Positions 32,649 to 41,377 of a stretch of 64,000 bases of DNA are shown in pieces. Source of the DNA: a bacterium BMS3Bbin08 (lineage in GTDB: Bacteria > Nitrospirota > Thermodesulfovibrionia > UBA6902 > BMS3Bbin08); the NCBI GenBank assembly GCA_002897775.1, contig BDTR01000030.1, positions 128,070 through 192,069 on the forward strand, given 5' to 3'. How positions within the stretch are numbered: position 1 is the stretch's first letter; each line of letters opens with the position of its first letter. Made by a program: the position numbers and the translations under genes. The notes under the pieces are model-generated. The model did not search any database. It was not told where the DNA came from and was given only the letters and a program-made list of their open reading frames with translations.

Positions 32649-33455
32649 ATGGAAAAAATAACAGGCTTAGGAACAATTGACAGGGAGCGGTTAACCGCAT
32701 TAATTCGCGGTACAAAAGGCACTATTTCAGTTGCCGAGTCAGCGGATATTTTAAAGGTATCTTCAGTTAGCGCAGCGAAGATGCTTGCTCGCTGGGCGAA
32801 AAAAGGGTGGCTGTCACGTGTGCGCCGCAGTATATATATATCCATTCCTCTTGAATCCCGCACAACCGATGTTCCTCTTGAAGACCCGTGGCTTGTTGCT
32901 GATCGTTTATTCAGCCCGTGTTATATCGGGGGATGGAGCGCGGCTGAGTACTGGAATCTCACTGAACAAATCTTTCGCACTATAGCAGTAATGACAGTAC
33001 AAAAACCAAGAAATCGTACCCCTAATATCAGAGGAACAAATTTTCTGCTTCGCACTGTTCCGGAAAGAACCATGTTTGGGCTAAAATCTGCCTGGAGGGG
33101 ACAGGTGAAAGTATCAGTATCTGACGCAACCAGGACAATTCTTGATATGCTCAATGATCCGGGACTCGGTGGCGGAATACGGTCGACTGCCGATATGTTT
33201 AAAGATTATTTAAAATCGGAAAACAAAAATCTGGACATGCTCATCGACTATTCCACGCGTTTTGGAAATGGCGCGGTCTTTAAACGTCTTGGTTTTATGC
33301 TGGAGCGTTTTTCTCCGGACGAAAACACTATCATTGAAAAGTGCAAATCGCAATTAACCAAAGGGAACTCTAAACTTGATCCAAAACTCGGGGCGGACAA
33401 GCTCGTTACACGCTGGAAGTTATGGATTCCAAAAAATTGGGTAAAGGAGCAATGA
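32649..33455 (+). CDS. AbiEi-type antitoxin (type IV toxin-antitoxin; winged-HTH regulator)
   Basis: 268 aa with an N-terminal wHTH (LTALIRGTKGTISVAESADILKVSSVSAAKMLARWAKKGWLSRVRRSIY). Gene pair with the AbiEii gene downstream. Confidence 0.75.
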   Translation: MEKITGLGTIDRERLTALIRGTKGTISVAESADILKVSSVSAAKMLARWAKKGWLSRVRRSIYISIPLESRTTDVPLEDPWLVADRLFSPCYIGGWSAAEYWNLTEQIFRTIAVMTVQKPRNRTPNIRGTNFLLRTVPERTMFGLKSAWRGQVKVSVSDATRTILDMLNDPGLGGGIRSTADMFKDYLKSENKNLDMLIDYSTRFGNGAVFKRLGFMLERFSPDENTIIEKCKSQLTKGNSKLDPKLGADKLVTRWKLWIPKNWVKEQ

Positions 33456-33456
33456 C

Positions 33457-34890
33457 GTGATTGATCGCCGGGAGATCATGGAGTTTTCCAGAGAGTGGGG
33501 ACTGACTGCAAATGTCATTGAAAAAGATTATGTGCTTGGATGGGTATTGGCCGGGATTGCCGGTCATGATAAGCTGGGTTCTGAATGGGTGTTTAAAGGA
33601 GGGACCTGTTTAAAGAAGTGTTACTTTGAAACATATCGCTTTTCCGAAGACCTGGATTTTACCGTAGTGAATGCTGAGCATTTGAACGAAGAATATCTTC
33701 TGTCTTCATTTCGTGATGTCGCCGGATGGATATACGAATCTACCGGCATAGAAATCCCGGCAGATACGATCCGTTTTGAAATCTATACAAATCCACGCGG
33801 CGCAACATCTGTTCAGGGAAGGATTGGTTACCGGGGACCAATGCAGCCTGGCGGGGCCCTTCCCCGGATAAAACTGGATTTAACAAATGATGAAATATTA
33901 GTTCTTGATCCCGCTGTACGGGAAGTCCATCATCCTTATTCCGACAGACCGGAAGACGGCATCTCCGCAAGGTGCTATTCTTTCGAAGAAGTGTATGCGG
34001 AAAAAGTCAGGGCATTGGCGGAACGTGAAAGACCGCGCGATCTTTATGACGTTATACATCTTCATCGTCATGACAGTTTAAGAACTAATCGTGAGTTAAT
34101 AATGAGCACGCTTGAAAAGAAGTGTGAATTTAAAGGGATATCCGTACCGACTATAGAAGCACTGGAAAATAAACCCGAGCGTGCCGAACTGGAAGCTGAA
34201 TGGGAGAATATGCTGGCACACCAATTGCCTGTTTTACCGCCGTTTGGACAATTCTGGCAGGAACTTCCTGAGGTGTTTGAATGGTTATATCGCGCAGTTG
34301 AAAAAGTTGCGGCTCTTCCGATATCTTCCGGACGTTATGAGGTTGATGAAACATGGCATGCCCCTGCAATGGCACAAGCCTGGTATGCTAATGCACCGCT
34401 TGAAATAATACGTTTTGCAGCAGCTAACCGTTTATGTGTGAATTTAAAATATAATGGTACAAATCGTGTCATAGAGCCATATTCCCTGCGCAGGACAAAA
34501 GATGGAAATTTGTTATTATATGCCGTCAAACACAATACACACGAGGACAGATCCTATAGAATTGACAGGATACAGGGAGCAGAAGCGACCAAGACGCCAT
34601 TTACGCCTCGTTATGTAGTCGAACTGACTGCTGCCGGACCGATTTCGGCACCTCCAACAGAACGGACATCATCCGGATATGGATTAACCAATACCAGAAA
34701 ATCAAGAATCGGTCGGGGTAGGTCTATAAGCCGTTCAATGAGTTTTGGGCCTAAATATATAATCGAATGTACTTATTGCGGTAAGAAATTCAATCGAAAA
34801 AGCTATACTACCAGTCTAAATGCTCACAAGGATAAAAGCGGATATCCTTGCCCGGGAAGGATTGGGTATATGGTAGATACGAAGTATTAG
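33457..34890 (+). CDS. AbiEii/AbiGii-family nucleotidyltransferase toxin fused to a C-terminal WYL-like domain and a zinc ribbon
   Basis: N-terminus: DUF1814/AbiEii motifs (WVFKGGTCLKKCYFETYRFSEDLDFTVV). Residues ~310-375: LKYNGTNRVIEPYSLRRTKDGNLLLYAVKHNTHEDRSYRIDRI matches the WYL-domain pattern. C-terminus: CTYCGKKF...CPGRIGY. GTG start at 33457 with AAGGAG 7 nt upstream. Confidence 0.7.
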   Translation: MIDRREIMEFSREWGLTANVIEKDYVLGWVLAGIAGHDKLGSEWVFKGGTCLKKCYFETYRFSEDLDFTVVNAEHLNEEYLLSSFRDVAGWIYESTGIEIPADTIRFEIYTNPRGATSVQGRIGYRGPMQPGGALPRIKLDLTNDEILVLDPAVREVHHPYSDRPEDGISARCYSFEEVYAEKVRALAERERPRDLYDVIHLHRHDSLRTNRELIMSTLEKKCEFKGISVPTIEALENKPERAELEAEWENMLAHQLPVLPPFGQFWQELPEVFEWLYRAVEKVAALPISSGRYEVDETWHAPAMAQAWYANAPLEIIRFAAANRLCVNLKYNGTNRVIEPYSLRRTKDGNLLLYAVKHNTHEDRSYRIDRIQGAEATKTPFTPRYVVELTAAGPISAPPTERTSSGYGLTNTRKSRIGRGRSISRSMSFGPKYIIECTYCGKKFNRKSYTTSLNAHKDKSGYPCPGRIGYMVDTKY

Positions 34891-34899
34891 AACAATAAA

Positions 34900-35060
34900 A
34901 TGAGCCCAGCACAAATCGTCCAAAAACTCTGAAATTACTGCAACGTCCTTCGTGACGACGGAATGAGCTGCGGAGATTATGTGGAACAGCTTACGTATCT
35001 GCTGTTTCTCAAGATGGCTGATGAGAGGGCTAAACCGCCATATAATCAACCGACTCAGTA
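34900..35060 (+). pseudogene. second relic hsdM 5' fragment (~53 codons) with a premature stop (TGG to TGA at codon 11), cut off by a CRISPR repeat remnant
   Basis: MSPAQIVQKL*NYCNVLRDDGMSCGDYVEQLTYLLFLKMADERAKPPYNQPTQ* has the HsdM N-terminal domain signature. No intact hsdM follows. Confidence 0.7.
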
Positions 35061-35070
35061 AATAGATTTA

Positions 35071-35093
35071 GTTGCCCCCCATGCGGGGGCGTG
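35071..35093 (+). repeat. CRISPR repeat 5' portion (GTTGCCCCCCATGCGGGGGCGTG) joined directly to CCTGCCTGCCAGTCTACGACT...
   Basis: 23 of 23 positions match the repeat with one mismatch. It breaks at the same position as repeat 16, and the adjoining sequence matches the left end of the 36-bp insertion. Confidence 0.75.
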
Positions 35094-35316
35094 CCTGCCT
35101 GCCAGTCTACGACTGAGAAAAATCCCGCCTTCAGAAGATAATGCTGTGAGATCGATAAATAAAGCTGAACACTGGTTAAAAACAAAGCAATGGTGCCGGT
35201 AACTGATGTGGACTACTGACACATATAAAAGAGAGGGTATTTGTTAATTTTGACAAACTATAATAATTAAGTTATACTTTAATTAAGAAGTAAAACAAAT
35301 TTATGGAGGTAAAACT

Positions 35317-35604
35317 ATGCCTACAGTAACTGTATCATCAAAAGGGCAGATTGTCATGCCAAAAAAGATACGGGATGCCCTTGGCATAAAGCCGAAACAG
35401 AAGGTATTTTTGAAAGTTGTACAAGATCATGCTGAAATTATACCGCTGCCGGAAAATCCTGCTCAGGCATTCTGCGGTATTTTCAAAAAAGGTTCATCAC
35501 TGACAAAATCACTGCTGAAGGATCGAAAGGAGGAAGCAAAACTTGAAGAGAAAAATATTGCTCGATTCTTACGCGCTTCTGGCATATCTAAAAAAAGAAG
35601 ATAA
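35317..35604 (+). CDS. vapB: AbrB/MazE/SpoVT-family antitoxin (VapB-like)
   Basis: MPTVTVSSKGQIVMPKKIRDALGIKPKQKVFL is the swapped-hairpin AbrB-type DNA-binding domain. Lies upstream of the PIN gene and overlaps it in another frame. Confidence 0.7.
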   Translation: MPTVTVSSKGQIVMPKKIRDALGIKPKQKVFLKVVQDHAEIIPLPENPAQAFCGIFKKGSSLTKSLLKDRKEEAKLEEKNIARFLRASGISKKRR

Positions 35605-35944
35605 CTACAGGAAAGTGATGGAATTATTAAATTCGGCGCCTGAAGATTGTTCTATTATAATGAATGAAATCAATGCGGGAGAAAGTTACTATATTATTGC
35701 CAGAGAAAGAGGAATCAGGCAAGCCGATTATTTCATTGAAACCATTCTTCCTAACCTTCCTATAGACATTATATCCAATTCATTCGACCAGATCATAGAT
35801 GCTTCCAGAATCAAAGTTGACCATTCCATTTCTTATGCTGACTGTTTTGTTGTCGCTACAGCCGTCCGTGAAAAAGCCGTGATTGTTACAGGCGATCCTG
35901 ATTTTAAGCGAGTTAAAGATATTGTGGATGTAGAATGGATATAG
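35543..35944 (+). CDS. vapC: PIN-domain ribonuclease toxin (VapC-like)
   Basis: KILLDSYALLAY near the N-terminus carries the first acidic PIN residue. CFVVATAVREKAVIVTGDPDF carries the later one. The start assignment is uncertain; this one overlaps vapB by about 60 nt. Confidence 0.7.
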   Translation: MKRKILLDSYALLAYLKKEDNYRKVMELLNSAPEDCSIIMNEINAGESYYIIARERGIRQADYFIETILPNLPIDIISNSFDQIIDASRIKVDHSISYADCFVVATAVREKAVIVTGDPDFKRVKDIVDVEWI

Positions 35945-35979
35945 ATTTAAAAATTAATACATAAACAGATATTTTTCTA

Positions 35980-36019
35980 TGCCCCCCCCATGCGGTGGCG
36001 TGCCTGCGGGGATTGAAAC
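35980..36019 (+). repeat. degenerate CRISPR repeat carrying an 8-bp insertion (CCTGCGGG) at the same GCGTG^GATTGAAAC position
   Basis: GCCCCCCCCATGCGGTGGCGTG-cctgcggg-GATTGAAAC. This is either a degenerate terminal repeat or a footprint of the palindromic element. Confidence 0.6.
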
Positions 36020-36136
36020 TGCTTTATTTCAGTGCCTTCAGTGTTCTCAGTGGTTGTATGAGAGAATATTCAATTACCCAGGACTGAAGCTGCTCTATTG
36101 ACTACTCCATTTATTCGGAGGTATACTTAAAAATAT

Positions 36137-36250
36137 CCTGGGGGAGGCGCAGACCTGTGGAACTACGGGTCAGGCCTGAGAGTTTTCCCGAATATTCGGG
36201 GAGAGACCCCTTGAACCTGAACTGGGTAATACCAGCGGAGGAAAAGGAGG
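36137..36250 (+). ncRNA. TPP (THI-box) riboswitch
   Basis: Conserved CTGAGA (36176-36181) and ...GACCCCTTGAACCTGAACTGGGTAATACCAGCGGAGGAA fit the THI element consensus. Located upstream of the thiamine operon. Confidence 0.8.
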
Positions 36251-36265
36251 AATAAAAAAATTATA

Positions 36266-36314
36266 CCGCATTCTTCAGGGTAAGAACCTCTGGAAATGCG
36301 GTTTTTATTTTTTT
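36266..36314 (+). terminator. riboswitch expression-platform terminator
   Basis: CCGCATT...AATGCGG stem followed by TTTTTATTTTTTT, then the thiH ATG at 36317. Confidence 0.55.
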
Positions 36315-36316
36315 AA

Positions 36317-37624
36317 ATGAAGAACTCTATCACAAAAAATACCCGAAACATAAGGGATATCCTTGCAAAGGCCCTTAAACCGGAGATATTAAGTCTTGAT
36401 GAGGTCTCCAGTCTGATAAACCTGCGTGACAGGGAATTGTGGGAAGAGGTCTTTGATGCCGCCCGTCAGCTGAAGGAAAAGATCTACGGCAGCAGGATCG
36501 TGCTGTTCGCGCCGCTTTATCTGTCGAACGAGTGCGTAAATAACTGCGGATATTGCGGCTTTAGAAAAGGCAATGGAAAGGCCAGGAGAAAGACCCTGAG
36601 CGTGGACGAAGCAGTGGAAGAGGCGGGGATGCTTGCTGACAGAGGGTATAAAAGGCTTCTTCTCGTGACGAGCGAACATCCTAAGCTGGCTGGTGTGGAT
36701 TATCTTGAAGAGGTTATCACAGAGATATATAAGAGGACGGATATAAGGATCCTGCACCTGAACGCGGCTCCCATGAGCGTGGAGGATTTCAGGAGACTAA
36801 AAACATGCGGTATCGGCGTGTACCAATGTTTTCAGGAAACATATCACTTCCCGACATATAAGAAGATGCATCCTTCCGGTCCAAAGGCGGATTATGGATG
36901 GAGGCTGGGGGTCATGGACAGGGCAATAGAAGCTGGTTTTGAAGACATAGGAATGGGTGTGCTGCTTGGTCTGTACGACTGGAGATGGGATGTATGGGCG
37001 GTAATAGCGCACAGCCACAGGCTTATAAGGAAATACGGTTTCGGGCCGCATACCCTGTCCGTTCCAAGGCTTCAGCCTGCACAGGGTTTTAAACCGGGAA
37101 AAACAAACAGGGTTTCTGATGATGATTTCAGAAAAATAGTCGCCATTTACCGCCTGGCCCTGCCTTATGTCGGCGTGGTGATCTCAACAAGGGAACCGTC
37201 AGAGCTAAGGGACGAGCTGCTTTCGATGGGCGCTTCGCAGGTGTCAGCCGGTTCAAAGACAAGCCCCTGGGGTTATGTTGAGGACGGCGACACAGAACAG
37301 TTTGAAACGGGTGACAAACGGAGCCTTGAGGAGGTCATTGAGAAAATAGCGGGCATGGGACTTATTCCAAGTTTGTGTACTGCCTGCTACAGGGAAGGCA
37401 GAAGCGGTGAAAAGTTCAGGCAGATCGCTCAGCAGGGAAATATCAAAAAGTTCTGCCATGAAAACGCGCTGTTAAGTCTTAAAGAGTATATTGAGGACCA
37501 CGCGCCGGACAATATAAAAGAGCATCTGGTAAAAAGGCTGAAACAGGAAAGCGCAAAAAGCTCTAACGGTCTTTTTGACAAGTTCAAACTTATAGAGCAG
37601 GGGAAAAGGGATGTACACATATAG
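36317..37624 (+). CDS. thiH: radical SAM 2-iminoacetate synthase ThiH-like (ThiH/HydG family)
   Basis: 435 aa. Radical SAM cluster motif CVNNCGYCGF. Sits downstream of the TPP riboswitch and upstream of thiS/thiG. The C-terminal CTAC-x22-C motif is unusual for ThiH. Confidence 0.75.
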   Translation: MKNSITKNTRNIRDILAKALKPEILSLDEVSSLINLRDRELWEEVFDAARQLKEKIYGSRIVLFAPLYLSNECVNNCGYCGFRKGNGKARRKTLSVDEAVEEAGMLADRGYKRLLLVTSEHPKLAGVDYLEEVITEIYKRTDIRILHLNAAPMSVEDFRRLKTCGIGVYQCFQETYHFPTYKKMHPSGPKADYGWRLGVMDRAIEAGFEDIGMGVLLGLYDWRWDVWAVIAHSHRLIRKYGFGPHTLSVPRLQPAQGFKPGKTNRVSDDDFRKIVAIYRLALPYVGVVISTREPSELRDELLSMGASQVSAGSKTSPWGYVEDGDTEQFETGDKRSLEEVIEKIAGMGLIPSLCTACYREGRSGEKFRQIAQQGNIKKFCHENALLSLKEYIEDHAPDNIKEHLVKRLKQESAKSSNGLFDKFKLIEQGKRDVHI

Positions 37625-37798
37625 CGAATAGCTCGTAGCTCATAGTTCATAGCTGATAGTACAGACCACAGACTATTCCGTAACGTCCCGACGCTTCGGG
37701 ACAAACAGTTTAAGCCCCTGTACCACAAGGGTGCATGGCAGGCGTTCAAAACGGATAACGAATAACGATTAACAAATAACGTATAACGGTTTTTTTAG

Positions 37799-37999
37799 AT
37801 GAAACTTAAATTAAACGGAGACACTGCGGAGTTTCAGGACGGCCTTACTGTTGCGGGCCTTCTTGAAAACCTCAAGATAGAGCCCGGAAGGGTTGCCGTA
37901 GAGGTTAATATGGAAATTGTGAAAAAACAGGATTATCAGAAAGTGGTCGTTAAACAGGGTGATTCAATAGAGATCGTGAATTTTGTAGGTGGAGGGTAA
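37799..37999 (+). CDS. thiS: sulfur-carrier protein ThiS
   Basis: 66 aa, beta-grasp fold, ends in GG. Confidence 0.88.
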   Translation: MKLKLNGDTAEFQDGLTVAGLLENLKIEPGRVAVEVNMEIVKKQDYQKVVVKQGDSIEIVNFVGGG

Positions 38000-38004
38000 T
38001 AAAT

Positions 38005-38130
38005 TTAGTGGTCGCCCTTCGGGCAAGCCCTCCAAAATAACCGGCGGGCAAGCACAATGTAATGATTTTCTTATTAACATATTCGCTCACTACGCCTGCC
38101 TGCCGGCAGGCAGATTCACTGAGCATTCAT
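38005..38130 (+). repeat. dispersed ~110-nt intergenic repeat, copy B (includes the CTGCCTGCCGGCAGGCAG palindrome)
   Basis: Same conserved blocks as copies A and C. The UUCG-tetraloop hairpin GCCCTTCGGGC is present. Confidence 0.7.
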
Positions 38131-38165
38131 AAATTGTAAATTGCAAATTGAAAAAGGAGAGATTT

Positions 38166-38936
38166 ATGGATGATAAGCTGGTAATAAAAGGAATTGAGTT
38201 CAGGTCCAGGCTGTGGGTGGGAACAGGCAAGTACAAGGACTTTGAGGAGACCAGAAAGGCTGTAGAGGCGTCCGGCACTGATGTTGTTACTGTTGCCGTT
38301 AGAAGGGTGAACATAACCGACAGAAAATCAGAGAACCTGCTTGACTATATTGATCCGAAAAAATACAGGATCCTTCCAAATACAGCCGGGTGTTACACAG
38401 TAGAGGACGCGTTAAGATATTCCAGGCTTGCGAGAGAGGCAGGTATTTCAGACCTTGTAAAACTTGAGGTCATAGGTGATGAAAAAACTTTGTTCCCTGA
38501 CACGTGCGGACTGCTAAAGGCAACCGGGATACTGGCAAAAGAAGGCTTTATAGTTCTTCCATATACGAATGACGACCCTGTCATGGCCCGGCGGCTTGTT
38601 GACGCGGGGGCTGCTGCCGTGATGCCGCTTGCAGCGCCCATAGGGTCGGGACTTGGGATCAGGAATCCTTATAACATAAAAATAATACTGGAACAGGCCA
38701 AAGTCCCTGTGATAGTTGACGCCGGGGTCGGCACTGCGTCTGATGTTGCGATCGCAATGGAACTGGGGTGCGACGGTGTTCTGCTTAATACAGCCATAGC
38801 AGGCGCAAAAGACCCTGTCTCAATGGCAGAGGCAATGAAGTACGGTGTTTTGGCCGGACGCCTGGCATATAAGGCGGGCAGGATCGCCAGAAAGCTGCAC
38901 GCGGCAGCAAGCAGTCCTATAGAGGGAATGCTTTAA
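38166..38936 (+). CDS. thiG: thiazole synthase ThiG
   Basis: [23 protein letters not shown] is the ThiG N-terminus. AAGGAGAG lies upstream of the ATG at 38166. Confidence 0.9.
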   Translation: MDDKLVIKGIEFRSRLWVGTGKYKDFEETRKAVEASGTDVVTVAVRRVNITDRKSENLLDYIDPKKYRILPNTAGCYTVEDALRYSRLAREAGISDLVKLEVIGDEKTLFPDTCGLLKATGILAKEGFIVLPYTNDDPVMARRLVDAGAAAVMPLAAPIGSGLGIRNPYNIKIILEQAKVPVIVDAGVGTASDVAIAMELGCDGVLLNTAIAGAKDPVSMAEAMKYGVLAGRLAYKAGRIARKLHAAASSPIEGML

Positions 38937-39015
38937 AAGAAGTAGCGAGTATCAAGTAGAGAGTAGAGAGAAATAAGTAAACTGATGTTGTAACGGCGGG
39001 GCAGAAGGACGAAGG

Positions 39016-39705
39016 ATGAACGACGAGGGACGAAAGTCAAAAAGAATAAATTTCAAACTTTATTTGATAACTGACAGGAAGATCTTCCATCGTCCATCCC
39101 GTAAAGGGACGTTGTCCCCACGGGACTTTACGTCGTCTATCGTCAATGCTGTTGAAAAGGCTTTAAAGGGTGGTGTAAAGGCGGTCCAGCTCAGGGAAAA
39201 GGATCTAAGTACTAGACAGTTATTAAAACTGGCTTACAGAATGAGAGAGTTGACGGAAAAATTTGACGCGAAACTTTTTATCAATGACAGGCTTGATATC
39301 GCTCTTGCGGTTAGCGCTGACGGTGTTCACCTCACGCAGAACAGCATGCCCGCGGACGCAGTGAGAAGGGTCGTTAAAAAGGCCTTTTTGATCGGTGTTT
39401 CAACACATTCATTAAAAGAGGCAAGGCAGGCTGAAGAGGCAGGGGCTGATTTTGTAACCTTTGGGCCGGTATACAGGACATCGTCAAAATTAAGATATGG
39501 CAGGCCCCTTGGACTTAATGTGCTGAAAAGGATTGTCAAAAAGATAAAAGCGCCGGTCTTTGCGATCGGCGGTATAAAGAGCGGCAGGATCAAAGATGTG
39601 AAAAAGGCGGGCGCCAGTGGTGTTGCCATGATATCAGAGATATTTAAGGCGGCGGGCATACAGAATAAAGCAAATGAAATCATTAATTTATTAGAAGATA
39701 GATAG
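39016..39705 (+). CDS. thiE: thiamine-phosphate synthase ThiE
   Basis: LYLITDR...VQLREKD...INDRLDIALAVSADGVHL are ThiE motifs. Confidence 0.88.
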   Translation: MNDEGRKSKRINFKLYLITDRKIFHRPSRKGTLSPRDFTSSIVNAVEKALKGGVKAVQLREKDLSTRQLLKLAYRMRELTEKFDAKLFINDRLDIALAVSADGVHLTQNSMPADAVRRVVKKAFLIGVSTHSLKEARQAEEAGADFVTFGPVYRTSSKLRYGRPLGLNVLKRIVKKIKAPVFAIGGIKSGRIKDVKKAGASGVAMISEIFKAAGIQNKANEIINLLEDR

Positions 39706-39743
39706 GAGAATATCCTGCGTATTATAAAATATAGGAGAAAAAA

Positions 39744-41042
39744 ATGAACGATCTGAAAGAGACAAGAATCGAGACCGCAAGAAAAGGAATAATCACTGAC
39801 GAGGTAAGACAGGTCGCGCTTGCTGAAGGGGTACAGCCTGAGCAGCTCTCACAGGATATCGCGTCAGGCCTGACGGTCATATCAAGGAATGTAAACCATG
39901 ATATCAAGCCGCTTGGCATAGGAAAAGGCCTGAAGACAAAGATCAATGCCAATATCGGTACGTCAAAGGACAGGGTATCGCTTGATGAGGAGATGCAGAA
40001 GCTTGATATCCTGGTCAAATACGGAGCCGACGCGGTAATGGACCTTTCGACCGGCGGCCCGATAAAGGAGATCAGAAAACTTCTTATTGAAAAATCACCG
40101 ATATCAGTCGGGACTGTTCCCATATATGAGGCTGTTGTAAGAACGGTTGAGGAAAAGGGATCTATTTCAAAGATGAGCGCTGACACGCTTTTTAATATTA
40201 TTGAAGAACATGCCAAAGAAGGGGTTGATTTTGTAACAGTTCATTCAGGCCTCACACTGAAGACCATAGAGACTCTCCGGGAAGACGGAAGGATACTCGA
40301 TATTGTAAGCCGGGGCGGGGCGTTCCTTGTCGAGTGGATGATATACAATGACAGGGAAAACCCTCTTTACGAATATTATGACAGGCTTCTTGGTCTGGCA
40401 AAGAAATTCGACCTGACATTAAGTCTCGGTGACGGCGCCCGGCCCGGATGCCTGGCTGACGCCACTGACAGGACCCAGATACAGGAACTTCTGACACTGG
40501 GAGAGTTAAGAGACAGAGCGGTTGAAGCCGGTGTGCAGGTGATAATAGAGGGGCCGGGCCATGTGCCTCTTGACCAGGTGGAACTTAACATTAAGATGCA
40601 GAAAGAGATATGCAAGGGAGCGCCTTTTTACGTGCTGGGGCCTCTTGTGACAGACATAGCAATGGGCTATGACCATATTTCTTCGGCTATAGGAGGCGCT
40701 GTTGCCTGCGCGGCTGGAGCTGACTTTCTGTGTTATGTTACTCCCTCTGAACATATAAGACTGCCGAACCTTGAAGATGTAAAAGAGGGCGTTATCGCTT
40801 CAAAGATAGCGGCCCACGCGGGAGATATCGCAAAGGGTGTTAAAGGCGCTATTGATATGGACATAGCAATGGCAAAGAGGAGAAAGGCGCTTGACTGGAA
40901 CGGTCAGATAGCGCTTAGCCTTAACCCTGAACTGGTAAAAAAATGGCGCGCAGAAGTGCCGCCGTCAGAATCTGAGGTATGCAGTATGTGCGGGGAGTTC
41001 TGCGCCATCAGGACGGTTGAAGCGGCGTTGAAGAAGAAGTAG
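39744..41042 (+). CDS. thiC: phosphomethylpyrimidine synthase ThiC
   Basis: 432 aa. ANIGTSKD. C-terminal CSMCGEFCA iron-sulfur motif. Confidence 0.93.
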   Translation: MNDLKETRIETARKGIITDEVRQVALAEGVQPEQLSQDIASGLTVISRNVNHDIKPLGIGKGLKTKINANIGTSKDRVSLDEEMQKLDILVKYGADAVMDLSTGGPIKEIRKLLIEKSPISVGTVPIYEAVVRTVEEKGSISKMSADTLFNIIEEHAKEGVDFVTVHSGLTLKTIETLREDGRILDIVSRGGAFLVEWMIYNDRENPLYEYYDRLLGLAKKFDLTLSLGDGARPGCLADATDRTQIQELLTLGELRDRAVEAGVQVIIEGPGHVPLDQVELNIKMQKEICKGAPFYVLGPLVTDIAMGYDHISSAIGGAVACAAGADFLCYVTPSEHIRLPNLEDVKEGVIASKIAAHAGDIAKGVKGAIDMDIAMAKRRKALDWNGQIALSLNPELVKKWRAEVPPSESEVCSMCGEFCAIRTVEAALKKK

Positions 41043-41319
41043 CAGCAGGCTTTCTTCCGGCAGTGAGCCTGAACATGAATGGATATATTATTCCTGTTAT
41101 GACCGCGGCCAAAAAAAGGGAACCCTTTACGTCGTTCGTTATAAGCCCCATCTTCTCCCCAAGCGTACCTGCCGCAACCATCAGTGAAAGATGGGCGGAC
41201 AGGATCAGGGACATTCCCATGGCGTCAATGCATACGATCTCAAAATCCCTTGAGAGCTTGCCCAGAAGCTCCTGAGCGATATTACCAAGTCCTACAATGA
41301 CAAATCTGTTGCGTTTCAT
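41008..41319 (-). CDS. short TrkA-N/Rossmann-like ORF, possibly a gene remnant
   Basis: MKRNRFVIVGLGNIAQELLGKLSRDFEIVCID resembles a TrkA-N start. The rest is hydrophobic and low-complexity. Overlaps the thiC 3' end by 35 nt. Confidence 0.3.
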   Translation of the reverse strand: MKRNRFVIVGLGNIAQELLGKLSRDFEIVCIDAMGMSLILSAHLSLMVAAGTLGEKMGLITNDVKGSLFLAAVITGIIYPFMFRLTAGRKPAATSSSTPLQPS

Positions 41320-41377
41320 CCGAAATACCTGTTATGCATAAAAATTTCTTTCACAAATTTTTAGCAGAATATGAAGT

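Noticed and set aside
36317-37624. Alternative call: HydG [FeFe]-hydrogenase maturase
   Set aside because: The upstream TPP riboswitch and the downstream thiS-thiG-thiE-thiC favour ThiH. The HydG-like C-terminal Cys spacing is kept as a finding.
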